This document shows positions 42,182 through 52,022 of a DNA stretch of 64,000 nucleotides, piece after piece (position 1 is the first letter of the stretch; each line of letters begins with the position of its first letter). The position numbers and the translations under genes are program-made. Origin of the DNA: a virus; IMG/VR virus record IMGVR_UViG_3300024261_000007, positions 1 through 64,000 of that record; one strand, given 5' to 3'. A model generated the notes under the pieces. It did not search any database and was not told the DNA's origin. It saw only the letters and a list, made by a program, of their open reading frames with translations.

Positions 42182-43139
42182 AAGAATAGATTTTTTTGAC
42201 AAATATTTCCCAAACCATACCTTATCAAAAGATGGAGTTAATTTAAATATTTGGTGCCCTTTTTGTAAACACGAAAACAAACATAAAAAAAAGATGGTAG
42301 TACACTTAGAGAAGTGTCTTTATCATTGCTGGACGTGTGATAAAAAAGGTGCAAATATACCATACCTCATCAGTAAATTTAGTTCTAAACTGACTAAAAT
42401 AGCTGAACAGTTGTTTACTAAAAAATTAAATAATAATTCTGTGGATTTGTTTGGAAATAATCTTCTAATAGAAGAAGAGCACGATCCTGTTGTTTTGCCG
42501 ACTAATTTTGTTTTTTTTGTTGATCAAATCGAAAGTTTTAGCCCGGACACAAAAGCCGTGTTGAAATACGCAGTTAGCAGAGGATTTACTAAACATAAAC
42601 TTTTTATGCTAAGAGCAGGCTTTTCAACAAACTCTGAGTATAGAAGATATTTGATTTTACCTTCATATGATGCTAATGGAAACTTAAATTATTATGTTTC
42701 AAGAAAAATAGATGTAGGAACCGGAGATAGTTTTAAATACAAAAATGCAAATTATCCAAAGAAAAAAATAATATTTAACGAAATTAACATTAACTGGAAG
42801 TTACCCTTAACAATTGTAGAAGGGCCATTAGACTTAATAAAAACAAATGATAACGCAACATGTTTATTAGGCTCTTCTCTCACAGAAGATATGCTTTTAT
42901 TTCAAAAAATTGTTAGTCATAAGACAACAATTAACTTAGCTTTAGACTCTGATGTTTACAATAAAAGTTTAAATATTGCCAGCTTGTTACATCGATATGA
43001 TATACCAGTTAATATTATTGATACAAGAGGTGCAGATGATGTTGGTGATATGCATCCAGAAGATTTTAAAAGAAGATTGAATTTGTCCAAAGAATTTAAT
43101 AAAAATGACAAGCTTTTAGCTAAAATTCGGAGTTTATAA
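42165..43139 (+). CDS. DNA primase (zinc finger + TOPRIM)
   Basis: Zinc finger CPFC...YHCWTC; KYKN; TOPRIM motifs IVEGPLD, LALDSD and DVGD. Confidence 0.85.
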   Translation: MSKIHKRIDFFDKYFPNHTLSKDGVNLNIWCPFCKHENKHKKKMVVHLEKCLYHCWTCDKKGANIPYLISKFSSKLTKIAEQLFTKKLNNNSVDLFGNNLLIEEEHDPVVLPTNFVFFVDQIESFSPDTKAVLKYAVSRGFTKHKLFMLRAGFSTNSEYRRYLILPSYDANGNLNYYVSRKIDVGTGDSFKYKNANYPKKKIIFNEININWKLPLTIVEGPLDLIKTNDNATCLLGSSLTEDMLLFQKIVSHKTTINLALDSDVYNKSLNIASLLHRYDIPVNIIDTRGADDVGDMHPEDFKRRLNLSKEFNKNDKLLAKIRSL

Positions 43140-46100
43140 TGTTTAAATGCGCGCATATAAGTGATGTTCACTTTAGAAGCCTTAAGCGGCACAACGAATA
43201 CATTCAGGTTTTTAACGAAGTTTTTGATAACTTAAAAAAATTAAATTTAGACTGTATTTTTATTGGTGGCGACATTGTACATTCAAAAACACAAGGAATT
43301 ACTCCAGAACTTATTGATATTTTAAATTGGTGGTTTACTTCTTTAGCAGATATAGCCCCTACTCACGTTATCTTAGGTAATCATGACGGATTAATCTTAA
43401 ACGAAGATAGGCAAGATGCAATTACACCAATTGTTAACGCATTAAACAATCCAAACATTTTTCTTTATAAAAAAAGCGGAGTATACCCGTTTTTTAATCT
43501 ACCAAATGGCCAGCAAATAAATTGGTGTGTTTTTTCTTGTTTTGATGAAAAAGGTTGGGAAAACGTAAAGCCTTTAGAAGATGAAATTAACATTGCTTGT
43601 TTTCATGGCGCTGTAACTGGCTCTGTAACTGATATTAATTGGGAGCTTGAAGGAGAGGTCAATTTAAATTTCTTTAAAGGCTACGACTTCGGTTTTTTAG
43701 GCGATATACATAAGTTACAATATTTAGATGAGGAAAAAAGAGTTTTATATCCGGGCTCAACAGTCCAACAAAATTACGGTGAAGACGTATCTAAAGGATT
43801 TGTTTATTGGGAAATAAATAGTAAAAATGATTACGTAAGTAAATTTATTAAAATTAACAATCCACATCCTTTTTTAACTTTAAACTGGAGAGGATCTGTT
43901 GAAGAAACAATAGAATTTGCCAGCAAAGTAAAAAAAAGAGTAAGATTCAGAGTTAAATCAAGTGAAAGTATTTCGCAAGCTGAAATAAAATTATTACACT
44001 ACTATCTTAAAACTGAAAAGGATGCACATGAAATCGTATACCAAGTAGTGCCAAAAGATGACGAAACAAAGCATTGTAGCAGTGAAGAATATAAAAAGTT
44101 AAGTGGCTACAATATACGAAATTCTTTTGATAGGAAAACTTTAATTAACGAGTTTTATGAAAGTTTGGATCAAGAAGTAATAAACAATTTAGATAAGATA
44201 TTTGAAAAAACTCTTGACAAAATTCCTGAAGATCTTAAGGATGTATTTGGTCAAAAATGGTCTATTAATAATTTAAGTTTTGACAATACTTTTTCTTACG
44301 GAAAAGACAACTTTATTGATTTTGATAAAATGTCTGGCGTGGTGGGTATATTTGGAAATAATCGAGCAGGAAAATCTTCTATACCCGGTACTTTAATGTA
44401 TACATTGTTTAACACGACTGATAGGGGCTCTTTAAAAAACCAAGATATTGTAAACATAAGAAAAGGTTTTTGTAATACTAAAGCTAAAGTTACAATAGGT
44501 GCAGAACAATATTTGATTGAAAGAGAAACAATCAAAAAAACAAATAAAAAAGACATAACTACAGCAACTACAAATTTAAAGTTAACTTCTTTAAATAGTT
44601 TTGAAAATGAGTCTGAAGAGCAAAGAAGAGAAACAGAAAAAACCCTTAAAAAGTTAATTGGGACTTCAGAAGACTTTTTGTACACTACGTTTGCTTCGCA
44701 AGGAGAGATGAATACTTTTATTAATGAAAAAAGTAGTGCAAGAAGAACAGTGTTATCAAAATTTTTAAACATTAACATCTATGATGAACTATACAATAAT
44801 TCTCGAGAAGACTATTTATACTTAAAAAGTAGACTAAACAACACTGAAGAAAAAAACTGGTCTGTCTTAATTGAAGATTCATTTAAAGAAATTAAAGAAA
44901 ATGAATTAAAAATATCTTTAAATGAAGCAGAAATTTCTGAATTTAGAAATGATTTAATTAAATTAAATATAGAGCTTAACAATATTTTAAGCAAAACAAA
45001 AAAACACCCATCAGGTCATACACTCAAGACAGCTAACGAAGAGCTTAGCTATAATGAAAATAAAAAACAAGACAATATTAACAAAAAGTCTTTAATGTTA
45101 GAAAAAATATTAGAAATTGAAGAAAATTTAGAAAAAATAAACAATTTCAAAGAAAACTTTTCAATAAAAGATTTAGAAGAAGAAAACAAAAGAATACAAG
45201 AAATAGAAAAGAAAGTTATTAATTTAAAAAATACTCAAAAGAGTGAAAATTTAAAAAACAATTCTTATGAAAATGAAATTAAAATATTAGATCAAGTTCC
45301 TTGCGAAGATAAGTTTCCAAATTGTAAATTTATTAAAAAAGCACATCAAGCTAAAAAAGAAATTGGTGGAATAAAAGAAAATATAAATTTAATTGAAGGT
45401 GACATTTTAGAATTAACCACAGTGTTAAGAAGTCTTAGAGAAAAAGAAATTGATAGCAAAATAAATAAATACAACAGTATATTGAAAAAAGAGTATAAAT
45501 TAAAACTAGATAAAGAAAATACAATACTACAAATATCTCTAAAAGATAAAGAGTTTAGCATCGTTAAAAAAGAAAACGATAGCTTGATAAATATTATTAA
45601 TGAGTTGAAAAGTTTAAACGTAGATCAATTTGTAAACAAAGAATTGTCAATTCAAGAAAAGATTGGTAATGCGCAAGACAATATAAACAATTTAAACTAT
45701 AGAAACTTAGAAATAAACAAGCGAAAATTTGAATTAGAAAGAAACATTCAAGATTACAACAAAGAAAGAGAAGAATATAACAAGTTAATAATTGACTTTA
45801 GGCTTTATGATCTTTTCAACCACTCAGTTTCAAAAAAAGGTATTCCTACAATGATTATTAATTCTTTTCTTCCGAGAATAAACACAGAAATAAACAATAT
45901 TTTAAATGGTGTAGTTTCTTTTAATATCTCTATTGAAGAAGACGAGAAAGGAAACAATTTAAATGTATATATTGACTATGGAGACTCTAAGCGAGTAATT
46001 GAATGTGCAAGTGGAATGGAAAAAATGATGACTTCTATTGCAATTAGAGTTGCGCTAATTAACATATCATCTCTTGCACGATCAGATATATTTATTATTG

Positions 46101-46282
46101 ATGAAGGCTTTGGCACACTTGACGACTCAAACATTGAAGCCTGCGGTAGATTATTAAATAGTTTAAAAAAATATTTTAAGGCTATAATAGTAATATCACA
46201 TGTTGATGCAATTAAGGATATAGTTGACAAAAATATAATGATTTCAATAAAAGGTAAAGACTCACATGTTCGATTTGAATAA
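43139..46282 (+). CDS. Fused Mre11/SbcD (gp47-like) nuclease and Rad50/SbcC (gp46-like) ATPase
   Basis: Phosphoesterase motifs HISDVH, GGDIVH, GNHD, FHG, GDIHK and YPGS, then Walker A GNNRAGKSS, Q-loop FASQG, a coiled coil, signature ASGMEK, Walker B/D-loop IIDEGFGTLD and ISH, all in one frame. Confidence 0.93.
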   Translation: MFKCAHISDVHFRSLKRHNEYIQVFNEVFDNLKKLNLDCIFIGGDIVHSKTQGITPELIDILNWWFTSLADIAPTHVILGNHDGLILNEDRQDAITPIVNALNNPNIFLYKKSGVYPFFNLPNGQQINWCVFSCFDEKGWENVKPLEDEINIACFHGAVTGSVTDINWELEGEVNLNFFKGYDFGFLGDIHKLQYLDEEKRVLYPGSTVQQNYGEDVSKGFVYWEINSKNDYVSKFIKINNPHPFLTLNWRGSVEETIEFASKVKKRVRFRVKSSESISQAEIKLLHYYLKTEKDAHEIVYQVVPKDDETKHCSSEEYKKLSGYNIRNSFDRKTLINEFYESLDQEVINNLDKIFEKTLDKIPEDLKDVFGQKWSINNLSFDNTFSYGKDNFIDFDKMSGVVGIFGNNRAGKSSIPGTLMYTLFNTTDRGSLKNQDIVNIRKGFCNTKAKVTIGAEQYLIERETIKKTNKKDITTATTNLKLTSLNSFENESEEQRRETEKTLKKLIGTSEDFLYTTFASQGEMNTFINEKSSARRTVLSKFLNINIYDELYNNSREDYLYLKSRLNNTEEKNWSVLIEDSFKEIKENELKISLNEAEISEFRNDLIKLNIELNNILSKTKKHPSGHTLKTANEELSYNENKKQDNINKKSLMLEKILEIEENLEKINNFKENFSIKDLEEENKRIQEIEKKVINLKNTQKSENLKNNSYENEIKILDQVPCEDKFPNCKFIKKAHQAKKEIGGIKENINLIEGDILELTTVLRSLREKEIDSKINKYNSILKKEYKLKLDKENTILQISLKDKEFSIVKKENDSLINIINELKSLNVDQFVNKELSIQEKIGNAQDNINNLNYRNLEINKRKFELERNIQDYNKEREEYNKLIIDFRLYDLFNHSVSKKGIPTMIINSFLPRINTEINNILNGVVSFNISIEEDEKGNNLNVYIDYGDSKRVIECASGMEKMMTSIAIRVALINISSLARSDIFIIDEGFGTLDDSNIEACGRLLNSLKKYFKAIIVISHVDAIKDIVDKNIMISIKGKDSHVRFE

Positions 46283-46526
46283 AGGTTGGCATAAAATTGA
46301 TAAAGATACAGAAGAAAAATTTATAGGTGCTACAAGATTTGTAAAGCCTATAAACGCTGATCATTGTTCAACTTTTTGTCCTGTATGTGATATAGCTATA
46401 GCGACTATAGAAGATGTTAAAGTTATGAAAAAAGAAAACTGTTGTGAAGATTGTTACAATACTTACTATTTTTTAAATAAAGAAAAATGGGAAAGTGGGT
46501 GGCGACCCAATATAAATAATACGTAA
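46266..46526 (+). CDS. Small Cys-rich zinc-binding protein
   Basis: CPVC...CCEDC motifs. Overlaps the end of the Mre11-Rad50 gene; AAAGGT lies upstream. Confidence 0.65.
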   Translation: MFDLNKGWHKIDKDTEEKFIGATRFVKPINADHCSTFCPVCDIAIATIEDVKVMKKENCCEDCYNTYYFLNKEKWESGWRPNINNT

Positions 46527-46529
46527 CAT

Positions 46530-46545
46530 ATAATTATATTTTATA
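46530..46545 (+). promoter_or_regulatory. Candidate late promoter element ATAATTATATTTTATA upstream of the head module
   Basis: Identical to 8438-8453. It starts 35 nt before ATG 46565. Confidence 0.5.
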
Positions 46546-46564
46546 TAAAAGAAAGTTTTTTAGT

Positions 46565-46936
46565 ATGGATTATGACTTAATACAAAATTTAGGATGTGCA
46601 ATCGACAATGTTTACAATAATATTTCAGAAAAACCTGATCGACGAACAACTTCAAAGCTGGTTAGTGAAAAGCTTGTTATTGAATATCAAACTATTGTAA
46701 CAATTGCAAAAGATAGTGATTTTAAATACCAGATGGATATGATCAAGTCTGAATCTAAACAAATGATAGACTCAAGGCTTAAGTCTATTAAAGAGTGTTT
46801 TAAAGAATCTGCTAATAGAGCTTTAAAGACAAAAAAAGAAAGTGACTATGATAAAGTTGAAACTTTAACAGTCAGCCCTTACAGTCCTATTAGAACATAT
46901 AAATATTCGTTTTGTGTAAATTACGGTATTAGTTAA
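46565..46936 (+). CDS. Hypothetical protein coupled to the terminase gene
   Basis: 123-aa ORF with a TAATG overlap onto the terminase start. Confidence 0.65.
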   Translation: MDYDLIQNLGCAIDNVYNNISEKPDRRTTSKLVSEKLVIEYQTIVTIAKDSDFKYQMDMIKSESKQMIDSRLKSIKECFKESANRALKTKKESDYDKVETLTVSPYSPIRTYKYSFCVNYGIS

Positions 46937-48564
46937 TGGCTAAAAAGTTAACAAGACAGTCACAAATAAATGAAATTATAAAATGTGGCAAAGACCCTGT
47001 ATACTTTATGAATACGTATTTAAAAATACAGCACCCAATTAGAGGTTTAATTAAATTTAATACGTTTTCTTTTCAAGATGACTGTGTTAAAGAGTTTAAT
47101 CAACATAGATTTAACATTATTTTAAAGTCCAGACAGCTAGGTTTGTCAACTCTAGCAGCAGCCTACTCAGTTTGGCAGTCTATTTTCTATAAAGAAAAAA
47201 ATATTTTAATAATTGCTACAAAGTTAGCAGTTGCACAAAACTTTATAAGAAAAGTAAAGACTTACATAAAATCTATGCCAGGGTGGTTACTTGTTCCGAC
47301 TATAACTGCAAACAATAAACAGCAAGTAGAATTTTCAAACGGGTCACAAATAAAAGCAGTACCTACTTCTGAAGACGCAGGTCGTTCTGAAGCCTTGACT
47401 TTGTTAATTGTAGACGAAGCTGCTTTTGTAAGAAACTTTGACGAATTATGGATGGGTCTATATCCTACACTTTCAACAGGTGGTCGCGCTATAATACTAT
47501 CCACGCCTAACGGTGTTGGTGGTCAATATCACGAAATATATACTAAGGCAGAAAGAAAAGAGAATAAGTTTAATCCTATTAAGTTAATGTGGGATGTGCA
47601 TCCTGAACGTGGTGATGAGTGGTTTGAAAAAGAAACTAAGAATATGTCGCAAAAACAGGTTGCGCAAGAGCTTCTTTGCGACTTTGCTTCTTCTGGCGAC
47701 ACATTTCTTTCAAACGACGTTTTAGAAAATATTCGAATTTTAACTTCCATGCCAATAGAAAAAAGTGGCCCTGAGTACAATGTTTGGTATTGGGAATATC
47801 CTATTGAAGGTGTCAATTATATTATATCAGCAGACGTTGCAAGAGGTGACAGCGGTGATTATTCAACTTTTCATGTTATTAACAACAAAGACAAAACAGT
47901 TGCAGTAGAGTTTAGAGGTAAAATACCTCCAGACCACTTAGGTTCTTTAATATATGACACAGCAAGACGTTTTAATAATGCACAAGTGTGTCCAGAAAAC
48001 AATGCCTATGGGTACTCAGTCTTATCAAAAATTGCTGATCTTGGTTATAAGAATATATTTTTTAACTCTGAAAAAGAAAAATATCGATATCTCTATGGAG
48101 AAGGTAATAATATTGGCAAAGCTGGGTTCAATACAAATAAAGACAGCAGAGAAATTATATTGGCAAACTTTGAAGAGTCCTTGAGGAACGGAAGAATTAA
48201 AACCAAATCAACAAGACTTCACTCAGAATTAAAAACATTTATATGGAATGGTAAAAAAGTTGAAGCTATGAAAGGTTACAATGACGACTTAGTAATGTCT
48301 TTAGCTATAGGCTGTTGGCTAATGGACAGTAATGCTGATACGTATAACGTTTCTCAAATACAACATGCAGATGCAATGTTAAAAGGAATGCAAGTTAACA
48401 ATACACAGGCAGATAAAACAGTTATGAAAACTTTTTATAAAAGCAAACATACAAATGTTGATCCTTTTGTTCCTGTTATGCTCCCTGATCATAAATTTAG
48501 TGGTAATGGTAAAATAACAAAAAAGAATCCTCTCGGGGATCTAAGCTGGCTCATAGGAAAGTAA
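46936..48564 (+). CDS. gp17: Terminase large subunit (T4 gp17-like)
   Basis: Walker A-like KSRQLGLST, Walker B LIVDEAAF, coupling motif LSTPNG, nuclease motifs ADVARGDSGDYS and NDDLVMSLAI. Confidence 0.95.
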   Translation: MAKKLTRQSQINEIIKCGKDPVYFMNTYLKIQHPIRGLIKFNTFSFQDDCVKEFNQHRFNIILKSRQLGLSTLAAAYSVWQSIFYKEKNILIIATKLAVAQNFIRKVKTYIKSMPGWLLVPTITANNKQQVEFSNGSQIKAVPTSEDAGRSEALTLLIVDEAAFVRNFDELWMGLYPTLSTGGRAIILSTPNGVGGQYHEIYTKAERKENKFNPIKLMWDVHPERGDEWFEKETKNMSQKQVAQELLCDFASSGDTFLSNDVLENIRILTSMPIEKSGPEYNVWYWEYPIEGVNYIISADVARGDSGDYSTFHVINNKDKTVAVEFRGKIPPDHLGSLIYDTARRFNNAQVCPENNAYGYSVLSKIADLGYKNIFFNSEKEKYRYLYGEGNNIGKAGFNTNKDSREIILANFEESLRNGRIKTKSTRLHSELKTFIWNGKKVEAMKGYNDDLVMSLAIGCWLMDSNADTYNVSQIQHADAMLKGMQVNNTQADKTVMKTFYKSKHTNVDPFVPVMLPDHKFSGNGKITKKNPLGDLSWLIGK

Positions 48565-48565
48565 A

Positions 48566-50584
48566 ATGGCAGAAGATAAAAATTTATTTAAACAACTGAC
48601 GTCTCTTTTTAGATCTGGCCCTGTAGTTAAAAGAAAAGTTAAAAAATTTACAGGGAAGACTTCTTCTAAATCTTCATTAGAGATGTTTAAGAAAGCACAT
48701 AGTGATGTATACAACTCAACACTAAGTGCTTATGGTTCTTACGACCGAATGGCAAGATACTCAGATTTTTCAGAGATGGAAGCAACGCCAGAAATAAATT
48801 CAGCGTTAGATATTTACTCTGAAGAGTGTGTTTCTCCTGACGCTGAAGGGAATCTTTTACACATTCATTCAGACAATAGAATGATTCAGCAATTATTAAA
48901 TGAGTTATTTTATGATACTTTAAACGTTGACTTTAATTTAGTCATGTGGGTAAGAAATCTATGCAAATATGGTGATTTTTTCTTATTTAATGACATTCAC
49001 CCAGAATACGGCGTAATCAACGCTTTTCCAATTCCAATTGCAGAAATTGAAAGAGAAGAAGGCTTCGATCCAGAAGATCCAGGTGCAGTAAGATTTAGGT
49101 GGGTCACACAAGGAAATAGAATTTTAGAAAATTGGCAAGTATCACACCTTAGACTTTTAGGCAACGACGCGTTTCTTCCTTACGGATCTTCTGTTTTAGA
49201 AGGAGCAAGAAGAATATGGCGACAGCTTATCCTTATTGAAGATGCTATGCTTGTTTATCGAGTAATTAGATCTCCAGAAAGACGTGTTTTTTATATTGAT
49301 GTTGGCAATATTCCTCCTGAAAATGTTGCTGATTATCTTGAGCAAGCACAGTCAGCTTTAAAAAGAAATGCTGTTGTTGATAAAACAACAGGACAAGTTG
49401 ACTTAAGATACAATCCACTTTCAGTAGACGAAGATTATTTTCTTCCTGTAAGAGGAGGTGACAGTGGTACAAGAATAGATTCTTTAGCAGGCGGCACAAA
49501 TACTTCTGCTATAGAAGATGTTGAGTATATACAGAAGAAACTCTTTGCTGCACTTAAGATACCTAAGGCTTATTTGGGATATGACGAAGACATTGGTGCA
49601 AAAGCAACTCTTGCTCAAGAAGATATAAGATTTAGCAGAACAATACAGCGAATACAAAAAACAATCATAGCTGAGTTGAATAAATTAGCAATGATTCATT
49701 TGTATACACACGGGTACACAGAAGAGAGTCTGTTAGACTTTGAATTAAAACTTAGTAATCCATCAAGTATTGCTCAACAACAAAAACTGGAGTTAATTAG
49801 ATTAAAGTTTGAAATTAGTAGTCAAGCCCCTGAAGGTCTTATAGACAGAGAGTGGATTAGAAAAAGAATACTTGACCTTACAGATGAAGAAATCGCGAGA
49901 ATAGAAGAAGGAAAAGAGAAAGATAAGCTCCGAGACATGGAACTTGAAACTGTAAAACTCCCAGATTCCGACCAGTTTGGTTTTGGTGATGAAGGAGAAA
50001 CTGAAGGAGAACCAGAACTTGGTGGTGATGCTGATTTAGGCGGTGGTTTAGGCGGTGGTTTAGGCGGTGGTTTAGGCGGAGGCGCTGAAGAACCCGCGGG
50101 TGGTGGATTAGAAGGCTTATTCGCAGGTGACATGAAAAATGGAAAGTTAATGTCAGAAGAAGAACTTAATAAATACGACGACTTATTAGGTGAAGTAGAC
50201 AACGACGAAGATGATGAAGTTTCAGATGAGATTAAAAGTAAAATAGGCAAAGGTGCAAAAGTGTCTAATAATTCAAGAGGAAAGTATAGAAAAAATAACA
50301 ATCCATTAGGTAACGATTGGAATCATAATTCTTCTACTTTTATGAGTGTCGAGCCATCTAAACCTTTAAGCGCTTCCGACTTAATGGATGGCATAATGCC
50401 TCAAAGTCCAGTTGTTAGTAAGTTTATTGACAGACAGTTAAGCTATAGAATGAACAAGTCTTTGGATAATATGTCTAAAAAGCTAAATATACAAAACAAA
50501 TCCAATGTTTTATTAAAAGAAGCAAATAGTATAGAAGAAGACATACTTATAGATGATGATTTAGACGAAAAAGAGGAAAACTAA
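48566..50584 (+). CDS. gp20: Portal protein (T4 gp20-like) with long acidic/Gly-rich C-terminal extension
   Basis: LIEDAMLVYRVIRSPERRVFYIDVGNIP, EDYFLPVRGG..GTRIDSLAGG and DVEYIQKKLFAALKIP. Confidence 0.95.
   Translation: MAEDKNLFKQLTSLFRSGPVVKRKVKKFTGKTSSKSSLEMFKKAHSDVYNSTLSAYGSYDRMARYSDFSEMEATPEINSALDIYSEECVSPDAEGNLLHIHSDNRMIQQLLNELFYDTLNVDFNLVMWVRNLCKYGDFFLFNDIHPEYGVINAFPIPIAEIEREEGFDPEDPGAVRFRWVTQGNRILENWQVSHLRLLGNDAFLPYGSSVLEGARRIWRQLILIEDAMLVYRVIRSPERRVFYIDVGNIPPENVADYLEQAQSALKRNAVVDKTTGQVDLRYNPLSVDEDYFLPVRGGDSGTRIDSLAGGTNTSAIEDVEYIQKKLFAALKIPKAYLGYDEDIGAKATLAQEDIRFSRTIQRIQKTIIAELNKLAMIHLYTHGYTEESLLDFELKLSNPSSIAQQQKLELIRLKFEISSQAPEGLIDREWIRKRILDLTDEEIARIEEGKEKDKLRDMELETVKLPDSDQFGFGDEGETEGEPELGGDADLGGGLGGGLGGGLGGGAEEPAGGGLEGLFAGDMKNGKLMSEEELNKYDDLLGEVDNDEDDEVSDEIKSKIGKGAKVSNNSRGKYRKNNNPLGNDWNHNSSTFMSVEPSKPLSASDLMDGIMPQSPVVSKFIDRQLSYRMNKSLDNMSKKLNIQNKSNVLLKEANSIEEDILIDDDLDEKEEN
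50035..50082 (+). repeat. 12-bp tandem repeat TTTAGGCGGTGG x4 (LGGG) in the portal tail
   Basis: Three exact copies plus one variant (TTTAGGCGGAGG). Confidence 0.95.
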
Positions 50585-50586
50585 TA

Positions 50587-51420
50587 ATGTCAAAGCACAA
50601 CAAAAAGAGAAATATTGGAATTATATATGAACAAATAATTCAATTTGTGTGTAAGTCTTTGATGGAAAGCAACAATGAAATTGCTGAACAAGGTTTATCT
50701 ATTATAAAAGAGCATTTTAGCGAAGGAACACAGTTAAACAAAGAATATAAACTGTTCAAAGCACTTTCAGACACGAAAGGTGTTTCAGAACACTTGGCCA
50801 ATTCTATTATTTTTGAAGCAAAAAAAGCTTGTAATCACATGTTTAACAATGAAAAGCTTGAAAGAGAAAAAAGTTCTTTAATTAAAAAACTTAACTATAC
50901 TTTTGGCAAAGGCGTTATTTTTGAAGAAAGTGTTAAAAAATATACTGAATATGCAACAATTCAAACTTTGTTAAATGAATGGAGAAATCCTGAGACTGCT
51001 AGCTTTGATTTGACAACAAAATATGAAATTAAATTACACGAGAGTTTATCAAGTTCTCTGCAAGAAGAAAAAACAATTAATGACATTCCTCAAGTTGATT
51101 CAATAACTTATAAATTAATGAACGAAATATTTAGCAAAAAATATTCTTCTTTATTTAATGAAACACAAAATAAAATTCTTAAGCTTTATTCAACTGAAAG
51201 AAACGAAGAATTATTAGAAAGTTTTTCAAATTTAAAAATAAAAACTGGAATGCTTTTAGAAAATTATATTTTAAAGTGCGATAATAAAATATTAAAAGAT
51301 AAATATCAAAAAGTTCTTAACAATATTTCAAAACTTTCAGACGCTGATTTGTCAAAAGAAAATTTGCAAAAATATTTAACTTTATCAAAACTTGAAGAAG
51401 AATTATTAGGAGAAGAATAA
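50587..51420 (+). CDS. Hypothetical head-module protein (possible prohead core component)
   Basis: Helical 277-aa ORF between portal and protease, ending EEELLGEE; TAATG overlap with the protease. Confidence 0.6.
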   Translation: MSKHNKKRNIGIIYEQIIQFVCKSLMESNNEIAEQGLSIIKEHFSEGTQLNKEYKLFKALSDTKGVSEHLANSIIFEAKKACNHMFNNEKLEREKSSLIKKLNYTFGKGVIFEESVKKYTEYATIQTLLNEWRNPETASFDLTTKYEIKLHESLSSSLQEEKTINDIPQVDSITYKLMNEIFSKKYSSLFNETQNKILKLYSTERNEELLESFSNLKIKTGMLLENYILKCDNKILKDKYQKVLNNISKLSDADLSKENLQKYLTLSKLEEELLGEE

Positions 51421-52022
51421 TGTTAGCTCCAAAACTTATAACTGAATGGTCTACTTTTGATTACGATGTAAATCTTATAAAAGAGCAAAAAGAAGCAGGA
51501 AAGCCTTTAATTATGAAAGGCATTTTACAAAAAGCTGAAACTTTAAATCAGAATGGTCGTGTTTATCCAAGATCTATTCTTGAAAGAGAGATTAGAAATT
51601 ACCAAAAGTTTATCAAAGAAAATAGAGCTTTAGGTGAGTTAGATCACCCAGACTCTTCTGTTGTTGAGCTTAAGAATGCATCTCATAATATCAAAGAAGC
51701 TTATATGGAAGGTAACGTTGTTTACGGCACTGTTGAGATTCTTAGCACACCGAGTGGTAAGATCTTGCAGTCTCTCGTGGAAAGTGGTGTTACTTTAGGT
51801 ATTTCATCACGTGGTGTAGGCAGTACAAGAACTGAAGGCAATATGCAAATTGTACAAGACGATTTTCAATTAATTTGCTGGGACTTTGTTAGTGAGCCTT
51901 CAACCCCTGGTGCATTTATGATGAAAGAAGGCAGAGAAGTTTCTCCTCAATTCATAAACGAAGTATTTAACAAAACAGATAGAATAGATAGAATTTTTAA
52001 TGATATATTGGAGTGGAAATAA
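51420..52022 (+). CDS. gp21: Prohead protease (T4 gp21-like)
   Basis: NQNGRVYP, ALGELDHP, GISSRGVGS and DFVSEPSTPGA. Confidence 0.95.
   Translation: MLAPKLITEWSTFDYDVNLIKEQKEAGKPLIMKGILQKAETLNQNGRVYPRSILEREIRNYQKFIKENRALGELDHPDSSVVELKNASHNIKEAYMEGNVVYGTVEILSTPSGKILQSLVESGVTLGISSRGVGSTRTEGNMQIVQDDFQLICWDFVSEPSTPGAFMMKEGREVSPQFINEVFNKTDRIDRIFNDILEWK

Noticed and set aside
43139-46282. Eukaryotic giant virus (NCLDV) origin suggested by the Mre11-Rad50 fusion and AT richness
   Set aside because: T4-like portal, terminase, protease, capsid and baseplate genes, SD sequences and a sigma factor identify a tailed bacteriophage.
46936-48564. Intein or intron in the terminase (also checked primase and capsid genes)
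   Set aside because: Terminase and primase lengths and motif spacing are normal; I saw no intein splice motifs or homing endonuclease motifs, including in the capsid insertion.
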